DNA from: a virus
Lineage: Duplodnaviria > Heunggongvirae > Uroviricota > Caudoviricetes
Virus record (IMG/VR): IMGVR_UViG_3300006155_000234
Length of the DNA: 64,000 nucleotides
Strand: one strand, 5' to 3'
The position numbers and the translations under genes are program-made. Position 1 is the first letter of the stretch. Every line of letters begins with the position of its first letter. The notes beneath the pieces were generated by a model. That model made no database searches. It saw only the letters and a list, made by a program, of their open reading frames with translations, and had not been told where the DNA came from. Positions 46,958 through 55,588 of this stretch are shown here, piece by piece.

Positions 46958-47969
46958 ATGAGTAAAGAAAGCTGGGCTGTACAATATAGACCCAAGTCGT
47001 GGGATGCATTAATTCGGACAGCCACATATTAGAAAGATATTAGAAAATCAAATACAAACAAATAATATAAAACACGCATATTTATTTTGTGGTGGTGCAG
47101 GTACAGGTAAAACAACATCAGCAAGAATAGTTGCAAATTTAATTAATGAAGGTAAAGGAAGACCTATTGAATTGGACTGTGCTAGTAAAAATGGTGTTGA
47201 GGATGTAAGGGATATTATAGAAGAAAGTAAACATAAACCTTTTGATTGTAAATATAAGATATTTATAATGGATGAATGTCACATGTTATCTACAGGTGCT
47301 AATAATGCACTGCTAAAGATATTAGAGGAACCTCCAGAGTGGGTTATCTTTATATTTTGTACTACTGACCCACAAAAGGTAATAGGAACTATTCATAGTA
47401 GGGTACAAAAACTAGCATTTAAGAAAGTAAGTGTACCAGATTTAGTATCTAATATGAAAAGAATATTAAGTAATGAAGGAATAACAACATATACAGAAGA
47501 GGCTTTAACATATATTGCTAGATTAGCAAAAGGTGGAGTTCGTGATAGTGTTACAACATTGGAAAAATGTTATGACTATGATACAAATATAAATATTGAA
47601 AATGTTATTACTGCTACTGCTGGTGGTGTTACAGAAGATATGCTTATGAATTTTATGAGTTTGATTTATGATAAAAAAGCAAAAGAATCGATATTAGCTT
47701 TAAATGATATTTATATGAGTGGTATTGATATGGCTTTATTCAATAAATTATTTAAAGAGTTTATACAAGATTGTATAATATATCTTATTGTATTAAATGG
47801 GAATATAACAACATTATCAGAGAATGCAATACAAATATTAAATAGTGGTAGATTTGATAGAGTTATTTTAGGAGATATATTACAAAGTTATAATAATAAA
47901 AATGGAAATCTATTTTCAGATGAAATGAAAGTTATGATAGAGGGGTGGATTATAAAAGTATGTACTTAG
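46958..47969 (+). CDS. dnaX: Clamp-loader ATPase DnaX (gamma/tau-like), interrupted by one extra base at about 47015
   Basis: MSKESWAVQYRPKSWDALI (frame of 46958) joins GQPHIRKIL...GGAGTGKTT...DCASKNG...IMDECHML...LKILEEPP...IHSR (frame of 47016/47172) if C47015 is skipped; about 336 aa. Confidence 0.85.
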
Positions 47970-48766
47970 TAGGACAAACAAAGAATTTAGATTTAATTAA
48001 AAATTGGACTACAATGCCTAGTTTCCTTATAGTACAAGGGAATAATGATATGGGTAAAACATATTTTATAAAATATCTATGTAAAAAGTATGGTTTAGGC
48101 TATATGCTGTTGGATAATAAAGTTGATACTATTAGGAAATTAGTATCAACTACAAAACCTAATGGGAATATAGTATATCATTTTAAAGATTTCCATCTAG
48201 CAAGTTTAGGTGCTAAAAATGCTTTGTTAAAGATAACAGAGGAACCATTACAAGGTAATTATATAGCAATATCAGGTTTAAAACAAATAGATACATTAGA
48301 GAGTAGGGCAAGAATATTAAAAATGCAACCATATTCAGATAAGGAACTACATGATTTTATAGATAAATCTAGTTTAGATAAGAACATTGTTGAAAGACTT
48401 TTAAAATACAATTTTAGAACACCATCTACATTATTGAAGTATGGAAGTTTAGAAGATATTGACGATATACTATCATTTGCAGAATATACAGTAACAGATA
48501 TACTTCATCTAAATCAAACGGATATAAATAAGATTGCATCAAAATTTGATAGAAGCTATGAAAAAGGAAAAATAGATAAAGCATTAGTATTTGTTGAAAT
48601 ACTATGTAATTTATTAGAATCTCAAATGTTAAAGAAAAATTATTTATCATTTGCAGAAGAATTTAATGTACTATTCCAAGTTAAACACATGCTTAGCCAA
48701 GGTGTAAATTTTAACAGAAGATTACTATTACAAAGTGCATTTGAAAGTTTATTATTTAAGGGGTAG
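47960..48766 (+). CDS. Clamp-loader subunit, delta-prime-like
   Basis: VGQ, degenerate Walker A GNNDMGKT, A.NALLKITEEP, TLESR. Confidence 0.7.
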   Translation: MYLVGQTKNLDLIKNWTTMPSFLIVQGNNDMGKTYFIKYLCKKYGLGYMLLDNKVDTIRKLVSTTKPNGNIVYHFKDFHLASLGAKNALLKITEEPLQGNYIAISGLKQIDTLESRARILKMQPYSDKELHDFIDKSSLDKNIVERLLKYNFRTPSTLLKYGSLEDIDDILSFAEYTVTDILHLNQTDINKIASKFDRSYEKGKIDKALVFVEILCNLLESQMLKKNYLSFAEEFNVLFQVKHMLSQGVNFNRRLLLQSAFESLLFKG

Positions 48767-48768
48767 AT

Positions 48769-49758
48769 ATGAAAAATATTAAGAACTTAAAAGAAGATAT
48801 ATTGAATAAGTCTGCTGGTAATTTATTTGTGTTTAATGGAACAGAGTGGGCTATAAAGAAACATTATATAGATAAAATAGCAGAGGATTATAAAGTTATA
48901 AAGTATTTAGATAATACAATAGATTTAGCAAATAATATGATTACAAAGGGTTTGTTTAAGAAGAAGACTTTATATGTAGTACCACATGACCTAGAATTTT
49001 TAAAAGCAACAGGAAAAGAATTTGATGAGATTATAAGAAAAGTAAAAAGTAGTGATAATGGTGCAATATGGATATATTCTGCTGAAATTCCAAAAACATT
49101 TATAACTCATTTTGATGAATATATAACAGATTTTGAGGAAGTAGAAGATGATATATTTAAAGAACTGATATTACATGAAATAAGTTTAAGACCAGACCAT
49201 GTTAATATGCTATGTATAAATTGTAAAAGAAATTATGGAATGGCATTGATGGAGATTGATAAGATAAAAAGTTATGCACAGTATGAAAATGTGTCAAATG
49301 ATGTTGCTTTTGATGATTTATATATGCACGGATTACTAAATATAGAGAAGGAAAAATTTAGTTGCCAAGATTTTATGAATCATTTCTTAATAAAAGATTT
49401 TAAAGGATTATATAAAAGTTTAAAAGCATTATATGATACAGACTTTAAAGATGTGTGGTATCATTTAGAAGAAATGGTACAAGATTTAAAGATTGCTTAT
49501 TGTTTTGTTAAGTATGGGAAATGGGAAGGTGCTAAAAGAGCTTATGATGTTGAGAACTTATTTTGGGGTAGAATAAAAGAATTAAGAGATACCATTGCAT
49601 TTAGTACAATAGATTATAAAACTATATGTAATATCCCATGGACAGAAGATGATTTACAATGGTTAATTCTAAATATATCTAGGTATGATAGTTTGGTTAA
49701 ACAGGGTAAAATAACAGATAGAGAAGTAATTGAAAATATATTCTATTATCTTGTATAA
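48769..49758 (+). CDS. Clamp-loader subunit, delta (HolA)-like
   Basis: LFVFNGTE, GLFKKK, ALMEIDKI; position after dnaX and the delta-prime-like gene. Confidence 0.55.
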   Translation: MKNIKNLKEDILNKSAGNLFVFNGTEWAIKKHYIDKIAEDYKVIKYLDNTIDLANNMITKGLFKKKTLYVVPHDLEFLKATGKEFDEIIRKVKSSDNGAIWIYSAEIPKTFITHFDEYITDFEEVEDDIFKELILHEISLRPDHVNMLCINCKRNYGMALMEIDKIKSYAQYENVSNDVAFDDLYMHGLLNIEKEKFSCQDFMNHFLIKDFKGLYKSLKALYDTDFKDVWYHLEEMVQDLKIAYCFVKYGKWEGAKRAYDVENLFWGRIKELRDTIAFSTIDYKTICNIPWTEDDLQWLILNISRYDSLVKQGKITDREVIENIFYYLV

Positions 49759-49783
49759 GATTATATAAATTTTTATTAAACAC

Positions 49784-49812
49784 TTGACATATTTTAAAAC
49801 TTATAGTAGTAT
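49784..49812 (+). promoter_or_regulatory. SigmaA-type early promoter (TTGACA-TATTTTAAAACTTATAG-TAGTAT)
   Basis: Spacer identical to the other copies. Confidence 0.85.
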
Positions 49813-49857
49813 GTGATATGCTAATTATAAATTTTAAATTTGAAAGGTGGTGTAGCT

Positions 49858-50094
49858 ATGTCAATACAAAATAATACAGTTGCAGAAGTAATTAAGAAGT
49901 CTCTTGAAGATATTGGGCATCAAAATGTAAATGTTTGGTTTGAAGATTCTGATGGAGAAAATAAATACAGTGGAGGATGGGTTTTTACTTCTAATACTAT
50001 TATAGATGGTGTTGAACACAATTATTTTGATGTATTAGGAAATGATATAAATGATATTTCTTTAAATATTGAAAATTATAGAATTATCAAATAA
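49858..50094 (+). CDS. Small early protein, paralog A
   Basis: ORF 49840..50094; homologous to 50154..50432. Confidence 0.65.
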   Translation: MSIQNNTVAEVIKKSLEDIGHQNVNVWFEDSDGENKYSGGWVFTSNTIIDGVEHNYFDVLGNDINDISLNIENYRIIK

Positions 50095-50106
50095 ATGTCA
50101 AATTTC

Positions 50107-50135
50107 AAGGAATTGTGTTATATACAATTCCTTTT
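50107..50135 (+). terminator. Intrinsic terminator AAGGAATTGT-gttatat-ACAATTCCTT-TT
   Basis: 10-bp perfect stem plus T tail. Confidence 0.8.
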
Positions 50136-50153
50136 AAATATTCATAGAAAGAG

Positions 50154-50432
50154 ATGGTTTGTATGGGAAGATATACAGATAGGAATGTAAATAAGACAGC
50201 AAGAGCAGGTTATATAAGAAAACAATTAGAAGATTATGGACATAAGAATATAGAGGTATGGTGGGAACCTATACGAAGAGGTTGTGAAATGTCTGGTTAT
50301 GAGGGTGGTTGGTTCTTTTGTAGTAACTGGTTAGATGAGAATGAAGAAGAGTACGATTATTTTGAACCAATAGGATATAATTTTCAAGAAGCATTGGAGA
50401 ATATAAAAGAGTATGATTTAAGGGAGGATTAA
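50154..50432 (+). CDS. Small protein, paralog B
   Basis: LED.GH.N..VW.E...Y.GGW.F.S...YF...G shared with paralog A. Confidence 0.65.
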   Translation: MVCMGRYTDRNVNKTARAGYIRKQLEDYGHKNIEVWWEPIRRGCEMSGYEGGWFFCSNWLDENEEEYDYFEPIGYNFQEALENIKEYDLRED

Positions 50433-50433
50433 T

Positions 50434-50730
50434 ATGAACTTAGGGGAATTTAAGAAAAAGATTGATTATATGTATGAAAGATATGGTGGGGACATTGATG
50501 TTACAGTAGATATAATAGCAGACGAAGAATTAGATGATACTTTATATATAACAGAAAGTGATATATGGACAGAAGAAATAAGAGATGTAACAGAAGTATT
50601 AAATATTCCACCACACAGGCATAATACAGTAATAGATTTAGATAAAGAACCAGAGTTAGTTTCTGGTATATGTATTTCAAATCATATTATGGAAGATAAT
50701 AATTGGGGGATGGTGAGTGATAATGTATAA
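50434..50730 (+). CDS. Acidic hypothetical protein
   Basis: ORF track; GGGAGG RBS. Confidence 0.6.
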   Translation: MNLGEFKKKIDYMYERYGGDIDVTVDIIADEELDDTLYITESDIWTEEIRDVTEVLNIPPHRHNTVIDLDKEPELVSGICISNHIMEDNNWGMVSDNV

Positions 50731-51919
50731 ACCAAAAAGAGGATTATGGACATCTGAGGATGTAAGTCCACAGCACCCAGACAGGGCTATGGATTTTGTT
50801 GCAGATTATATTTTAGATAAATATGTAGAATTAGACCCAAAGGCTCATGTTGCAATAGATGGTACAAATAAAAATGAATGGGTTATCCTAACAGGAGAAA
50901 TATCTTCAATAATAGAAGTAGATATAGAAGAATCTGTAAAGGAAGCATATAGAATTTTAGGTTATGAATTTGAACCAAGAATAATGAATTTAGTGTATAA
51001 ACAATCTCCTGATATAGCACAAGGAATAGAAAAAGACGATGAAGAAATTGGTGCAGGTGACCAAGGGATAATGATAGGTTATGCAAATATAGAATCCGAT
51101 GAGTATTTACCATTAGCCTTATACTTATCAAAAAGAATAATTAGTAGATTATATGAAGCAAAAGGACATTATCCATTTCTAAAAGGAGATATGAAGGCAC
51201 AAGTTACAATAGATTATGATAAAGATGAACCAGAGGTACATACAGTAGTTGTTGCTTGTCAACATACAGATACAGCTAATTACGAGGATTTACAAGAAAC
51301 AATTAAAGATATAGTTAATAGGGTATTTGTTGCTGCGAAAGTAAAAGTGTCTGAAAATTTAATTTGGCACATTAATGGTACAGGTAAATTTGTTATTGGT
51401 GGACCAGAAGGTGATAGTGGAGAAGTTGGTAGAAAACTTATTTGTGATAGTTATGGTGGTTATGCAGCTATTGGTGGTGGAAATACACATGGAAAAGATG
51501 CAACAAAAGTAGATGCTTCAGGAGCTTATGCTACAAGATGGTTAGCAAAGAATATAGTTGCTGCAGGTTTATCTGATGAGTGTGAGGTTCAATTAGGATA
51601 TGTTATAGGTGTAGCAGAACCTGTATCAATAAATGTAGACTTAAAAGGACAACAAAGAACAGATGTTACAGAAGAAGATATAGAAGATTATATTAAAAAT
51701 AATATATCATTATCTGTAAAGGGAATTATAGATAGATTTAATTTAAGAAGACCATTAAGACATGATTGGTCAAGACAGGGTTACACTGGGGATAATTCAA
51801 GTTGGGCTGGTGAGTTTGCTCCTTGGGAGAAATTAGATTTACAATTTGATTTAGATGTGCTAAAATTTAAGGTAGCTAAAGAAAAATTAGAAAGAGAGCT
51901 ATATATGAAAGGGGAATAA
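50717..51919 (+). CDS. metK: S-adenosylmethionine synthetase
   Basis: SEDVS.QHPD, QSPDIAQG, GAGDQG, FVIGGP.GDSGE.GRK, GGG..HGKD.TKVD.SGAY. Confidence 0.93.
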   Translation: MIMYKPKRGLWTSEDVSPQHPDRAMDFVADYILDKYVELDPKAHVAIDGTNKNEWVILTGEISSIIEVDIEESVKEAYRILGYEFEPRIMNLVYKQSPDIAQGIEKDDEEIGAGDQGIMIGYANIESDEYLPLALYLSKRIISRLYEAKGHYPFLKGDMKAQVTIDYDKDEPEVHTVVVACQHTDTANYEDLQETIKDIVNRVFVAAKVKVSENLIWHINGTGKFVIGGPEGDSGEVGRKLICDSYGGYAAIGGGNTHGKDATKVDASGAYATRWLAKNIVAAGLSDECEVQLGYVIGVAEPVSINVDLKGQQRTDVTEEDIEDYIKNNISLSVKGIIDRFNLRRPLRHDWSRQGYTGDNSSWAGEFAPWEKLDLQFDLDVLKFKVAKEKLERELYMKGE

Positions 51920-51921
51920 TA

Positions 51922-52710
51922 ATGACAGAAATACAAAAGGCAGGTAATTTATTATTTAAAAGAGATGACCTATTTGAATTCGGTGGTATGTATGGTGCAA
52001 AAGTAAGAGCAGCTAAAGTATTATGTGAAAAAGCAAAAGAAAATGGATATACAACTATTACTACTTTGGGTGCTAAATCTTCTCCCCAAATAAATATAAT
52101 GGCAAGTGTTTGTAAAGAATTAGGTTTAAAAGCAGTAGGACATACAACTACATCTGAATTACAATTAGATATGAGAAGAGCAGTTGAAAAGGGTGCTGAG
52201 ATAATTCAACATTCTTATGGATATACAAATGTACTAATAAAAAGGGCAAAAGAATATGCAGTAAATAATAATGCTTTTTACTTACCTTTCGGAATGGATG
52301 ATAATATTGCAGTTGAAACAACTGCTGCTGAAGTATCATCTATTCTACCATATATTGATGATATAAATAGAGTTGTTATTGTTGTTGGTTCTGGTATTAA
52401 TCTTGCAGGTTTAATAAGAGGATTTATGAAATACAAAATAAATAAACCAATATTAGGTGTTCAGGTAGGATTTACAGGTGTACCTAAAATATTAGATAAG
52501 TATATTGGTGAGAATATATGGCAAAAACATTGTGAGTTGGTTACTGCAAAACAAAAGTATAATGACTACTCTGAATATACTAAAGTTAATGGAATTGATG
52601 TAGATAGTACCTATGAAGGGAAATGTGTACCATTTTTACAAAAAGGAGATTTATATTGGTTAATTGGTAAAAAGGAAAATCAACATCAAGGCAAAAGTAT
52701 TGAAATTTAA
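51922..52710 (+). CDS. PLP-dependent enzyme, fold type II (ACC deaminase / D-cysteine desulfhydrase-like)
   Basis: KRDDL, GAKVR (PLP lysine), VGSG (phosphate loop), DSTYEGK. Confidence 0.75.
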   Translation: MTEIQKAGNLLFKRDDLFEFGGMYGAKVRAAKVLCEKAKENGYTTITTLGAKSSPQINIMASVCKELGLKAVGHTTTSELQLDMRRAVEKGAEIIQHSYGYTNVLIKRAKEYAVNNNAFYLPFGMDDNIAVETTAAEVSSILPYIDDINRVVIVVGSGINLAGLIRGFMKYKINKPILGVQVGFTGVPKILDKYIGENIWQKHCELVTAKQKYNDYSEYTKVNGIDVDSTYEGKCVPFLQKGDLYWLIGKKENQHQGKSIEI

Positions 52711-52739
52711 TATAATTTGAAAATATTTTACATAATTTA

Positions 52740-52768
52740 TTGACATTGTGTAAAATATATGTTAAAAT
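52740..52768 (+). promoter_or_regulatory. SigmaA-type promoter (TTGACA-17 nt-TAAAAT) with no downstream gene before a terminator
   Basis: ttgaca-ttgtgtaaaatatatgt-taaaat. Confidence 0.6.
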
Positions 52769-52840
52769 GAAACAAGGTGATTGAAATAGAGTTCATTCTT
52801 ATATTTCGAATAATTGCCTATACATATTAAATTTAAAAAC

Positions 52841-52881
52841 TGCAATAAAAGGTAGAGAATTAAACTCTACCTTTTATTGCA
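52841..52881. terminator. 17-bp perfect stem TGCAATAAAAGGTAGAG-aattaaa-CTCTACCTTTTATTGCA (bidirectional terminator-like)
   Basis: Read directly from the sequence. Confidence 0.8.
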
Positions 52882-52897
52882 TCTTAATTACATGAAT

Positions 52898-52930
52898 TTT
52901 TTGTAATATTTTTGTAATATTTTTGTCATA
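52898..52930 (+). repeat. Three tandem 11-bp repeats TTTTTGT(A/C)ATA
   Basis: 52898-52908, 52909-52919 and 52920-52930. Confidence 0.75.
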
Positions 52931-52960
52931 AAACTGTAATAATTTTTTTATAAAATCCTA

Positions 52961-52989
52961 TTGACATATTTTGAAATTATATATAAACT
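52961..52989 (+). promoter_or_regulatory. Early promoter variant (TTGACA-TATTTTGAAATTATATA-TAAACT)
   Basis: 17-bp spacer related to the conserved family. Confidence 0.7.
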
Positions 52990-53040
52990 AATACCAGTTT
53001 TTAAATTTAAAAATTTAATATGTATAGGAGGGTTATTCTT

Positions 53041-54045
53041 ATGGCAAGTAATCAATTACCTGTTGCTGAAAAGGCAAGAATAATATCTGAAACTTTTGTA
53101 GTTCCAGAAAAGGATGTAGAAAGAATTAAAGGGAAATCTTTAGAAAGTTGTACCAAATTAGAAGAATTTATACATAATGGTAATACTAAAATTCCATTTG
53201 ATATGGTGAGGGAGGTGCAAAAGAAACAAGTTGCAGATTGTTCACCATTGGAATTAAAAATAAGATACAATGACCCTGATTTAGGTAAATTACCAAATTG
53301 GGTAGATTTAGATAAAGTAGACACTATAATAAAAAAAGTTGTAAATTCAACATGGACAGGACAACTAGAACCAGTCTATTTTAGGGAAGATATTTATAGT
53401 GCTTGTTGGGAACATATTCTTTTAAAGTCTAAACAAATCTGTGATGTTGGAAAAGATGATTATGAAAGATTTATATGTCATCTTGCAAAATGGCATACAA
53501 GTAATTTTTATTATTATCATGAAAAACATAGTAAGTATGTTAATTTTAAATTAAAGGCAGATACAGATGTTGGTACATACAAAGGTAAAGGAAAAGATAC
53601 TATAAGTAGACTTCCAGAAGTAATATATAATTTGAATGAAGTAGATAAAGAAATTAAAGAACAAGAAAAATTTGTTTACATAGAAGATAGAAACAGAAAT
53701 GAACAAGAAAATTATATATTAGATGTATTAGAAGAAGAGATGGATATGCTGAATACAATAAAATCAATAAAGGATGTTACATTAAGAGATTTATTGAGTA
53801 TTGCATCATATTTATTAGCACATTTAGATAGTTTTGAAGAATTGTATCAAGAAGCAGTAGATAGGTTGTCTGAAACAGAAAGAAAGAAATTCTTTGAAAT
53901 AATACATAATAAAGATGGGAGGAAGTTTGACTTTAAGAAAATTGCCAAAATCATAGTTGGCAAAGAAACTAATGCCTATTTAGTAATTATAAAGGATTAT
54001 TTGCATGATTTAATTGCTAATTCAAAAAAATTAGCAGAAGTTTAA
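53041..54045 (+). CDS. Hypothetical protein with possible sigma region-2-like segment
   Basis: IIKKVV...REDIYSACWEHILLK...FICHLAKWHTSNFY loosely resembles ECF sigma region 2; adjacent to a clear sigma gene. Confidence 0.35.
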   Translation: MASNQLPVAEKARIISETFVVPEKDVERIKGKSLESCTKLEEFIHNGNTKIPFDMVREVQKKQVADCSPLELKIRYNDPDLGKLPNWVDLDKVDTIIKKVVNSTWTGQLEPVYFREDIYSACWEHILLKSKQICDVGKDDYERFICHLAKWHTSNFYYYHEKHSKYVNFKLKADTDVGTYKGKGKDTISRLPEVIYNLNEVDKEIKEQEKFVYIEDRNRNEQENYILDVLEEEMDMLNTIKSIKDVTLRDLLSIASYLLAHLDSFEELYQEAVDRLSETERKKFFEIIHNKDGRKFDFKKIAKIIVGKETNAYLVIIKDYLHDLIANSKKLAEV

Positions 54046-54079
54046 ATATTTTACATATATTTATAAAATTTTACATTAA

Positions 54080-54092
54080 AAGATGTTATAAT
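54080..54092 (+). promoter_or_regulatory. AAGATGTTATAAT phage promoter motif
   Basis: Full consensus copy upstream of the sigma factor gene. Confidence 0.7.
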
Positions 54093-54200
54093 ATATAGAA
54101 GATGTTTTAATTACACTATTTTTGAATACTATATTATCTCCTTAGAGAATACTTTATATGATTTTAGAACATTATGTGTATATCTTATGGGGGTATTGTT

Positions 54201-54845
54201 ATGAGTAATTCAGAAGATGGTAACAATAGTCTGGAGCTTACACATGATGAGGCTCTAGAACTATTTGAAAAAAATAAAGCACTTGCTGAAAGTTTTGCAA
54301 AGAAATATTATAAAACAGGATATTGGGAGTTTGACCATGCATTGCAAATTGCTTATGAAGGATTGTGGAGAGCATGTGTTCATTACAAGCCATCAAAAGG
54401 TTTTCAACTTTCAACATTGGCTTGGAGAATAATGACAAATAGATTTATAGAAGAACAGAAAGAGAAAGACAGACAACCAAGTATTGCGTTTAGTTTAGAT
54501 GAATTTTCTGTTGTTGATGGATTAGATGAAGGAAATCTTCCAATAGCATTAATGGATGTATTAGAAGATGATTATAGTAATATAGACAGGATGGAAGAAC
54601 AAGAAAATTTAAAAGATTTGAAACAAGATATTGTTTATATATTAGATGACATAGCAGAGGAACTTAAAGTTTCAAAAAGAGTTATAAAGACTGCTTATAT
54701 GTGTTTAAATGAACAAATCTTATATAAAAATCAGCAGGAAACTAAACAAGAGTTAAATAATTTATCTAAACTTGTTGGAACATCTTTGATTAGAAAAGTA
54801 AAAGTTATGCTACAAGAGAGATTATCAGATTTAGATTATAATTAA
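54201..54845 (+). CDS. Sigma-70-family RNA polymerase sigma factor
   Basis: LFEKNKALAESFAKKY...DHALQIAYEGLWRAC..Y.PSKGFQLST.AW..M.N.F = regions 2.1-2.4. Confidence 0.85.
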   Translation: MSNSEDGNNSLELTHDEALELFEKNKALAESFAKKYYKTGYWEFDHALQIAYEGLWRACVHYKPSKGFQLSTLAWRIMTNRFIEEQKEKDRQPSIAFSLDEFSVVDGLDEGNLPIALMDVLEDDYSNIDRMEEQENLKDLKQDIVYILDDIAEELKVSKRVIKTAYMCLNEQILYKNQQETKQELNNLSKLVGTSLIRKVKVMLQERLSDLDYN

Positions 54846-54856
54846 AGATGTTATAT
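54845..54856 (+). promoter_or_regulatory. AAGATGTTATAT phage promoter motif
   Basis: Begins at the sigma gene stop codon. Confidence 0.65.
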
Positions 54857-54890
54857 ATAATGTAAGATTTTAAAGAAAGGTAGATGTAAA

Positions 54891-55565
54891 ATGTCAAATA
54901 GTTTGATAGAAGAAACAAAGAAAAAATATGAGGATGAAATTAATAGGTTAAGAGATGTTGCAGAAGCAACACAAGAATTATACCAAAGACAATTTAATGA
55001 AATAAAAAATCAAGAAAAAATACTTGTTGATGAATACAATACTAAAATACAAGAAATTACAATAGGTATTGAAAGATTAAGAGGGGCTTATACTGCAATA
55101 GTTGATATGGAAGAAGGGAAAGACCCAACATTAGTAACAAATGGAATGTTATCTGATAGTAAAATAGATAATACAGAAACAGAACCTGTTGAAGATAGCA
55201 CAGTAGAAGATAAGACAGGAATTAGTGAAGAAGTAAAACAAAAGGCACATAAAGCAGTTAGCAAAGCAATGGAAAAAGATTTAGTGACACCTTATAAAGA
55301 ATTTGCTGAATCTGAATTAGGTAAAGAAACAGCAGTAAAAGATGTTAAAAAAATAGTATCAAAAGTACCTGAACCAGAACTAGCAAAACCACATAAGAAT
55401 GATGGAAGTACATTAACACCAGATGAAGCAGAGGCATTAAAAAGTGTAATAAATGGTGCAGAAGATGTATCTACAAAATCTACTAATTTTGAAGGAAATA
55501 TAGAAAAAGAAGTAGACCCAAAAGATATACCTGACTATTTGAAAGAAGAATATAATGCAAAATAA
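54891..55565 (+). CDS. Acidic coiled-coil hypothetical protein
   Basis: ORF track; AAAGG RBS. Confidence 0.65.
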   Translation: MSNSLIEETKKKYEDEINRLRDVAEATQELYQRQFNEIKNQEKILVDEYNTKIQEITIGIERLRGAYTAIVDMEEGKDPTLVTNGMLSDSKIDNTETEPVEDSTVEDKTGISEEVKQKAHKAVSKAMEKDLVTPYKEFAESELGKETAVKDVKKIVSKVPEPELAKPHKNDGSTLTPDEAEALKSVINGAEDVSTKSTNFEGNIEKEVDPKDIPDYLKEEYNAK

Positions 55566-55576
55566 GATGTTAATAT
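55564..55576 (+). promoter_or_regulatory. AAGATGTTAATAT phage promoter motif (variant)
   Basis: Begins at the stop codon, upstream of a GAGGTG RBS. Confidence 0.55.
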
Positions 55577-55588
55577 AGAGGTGTTAAT

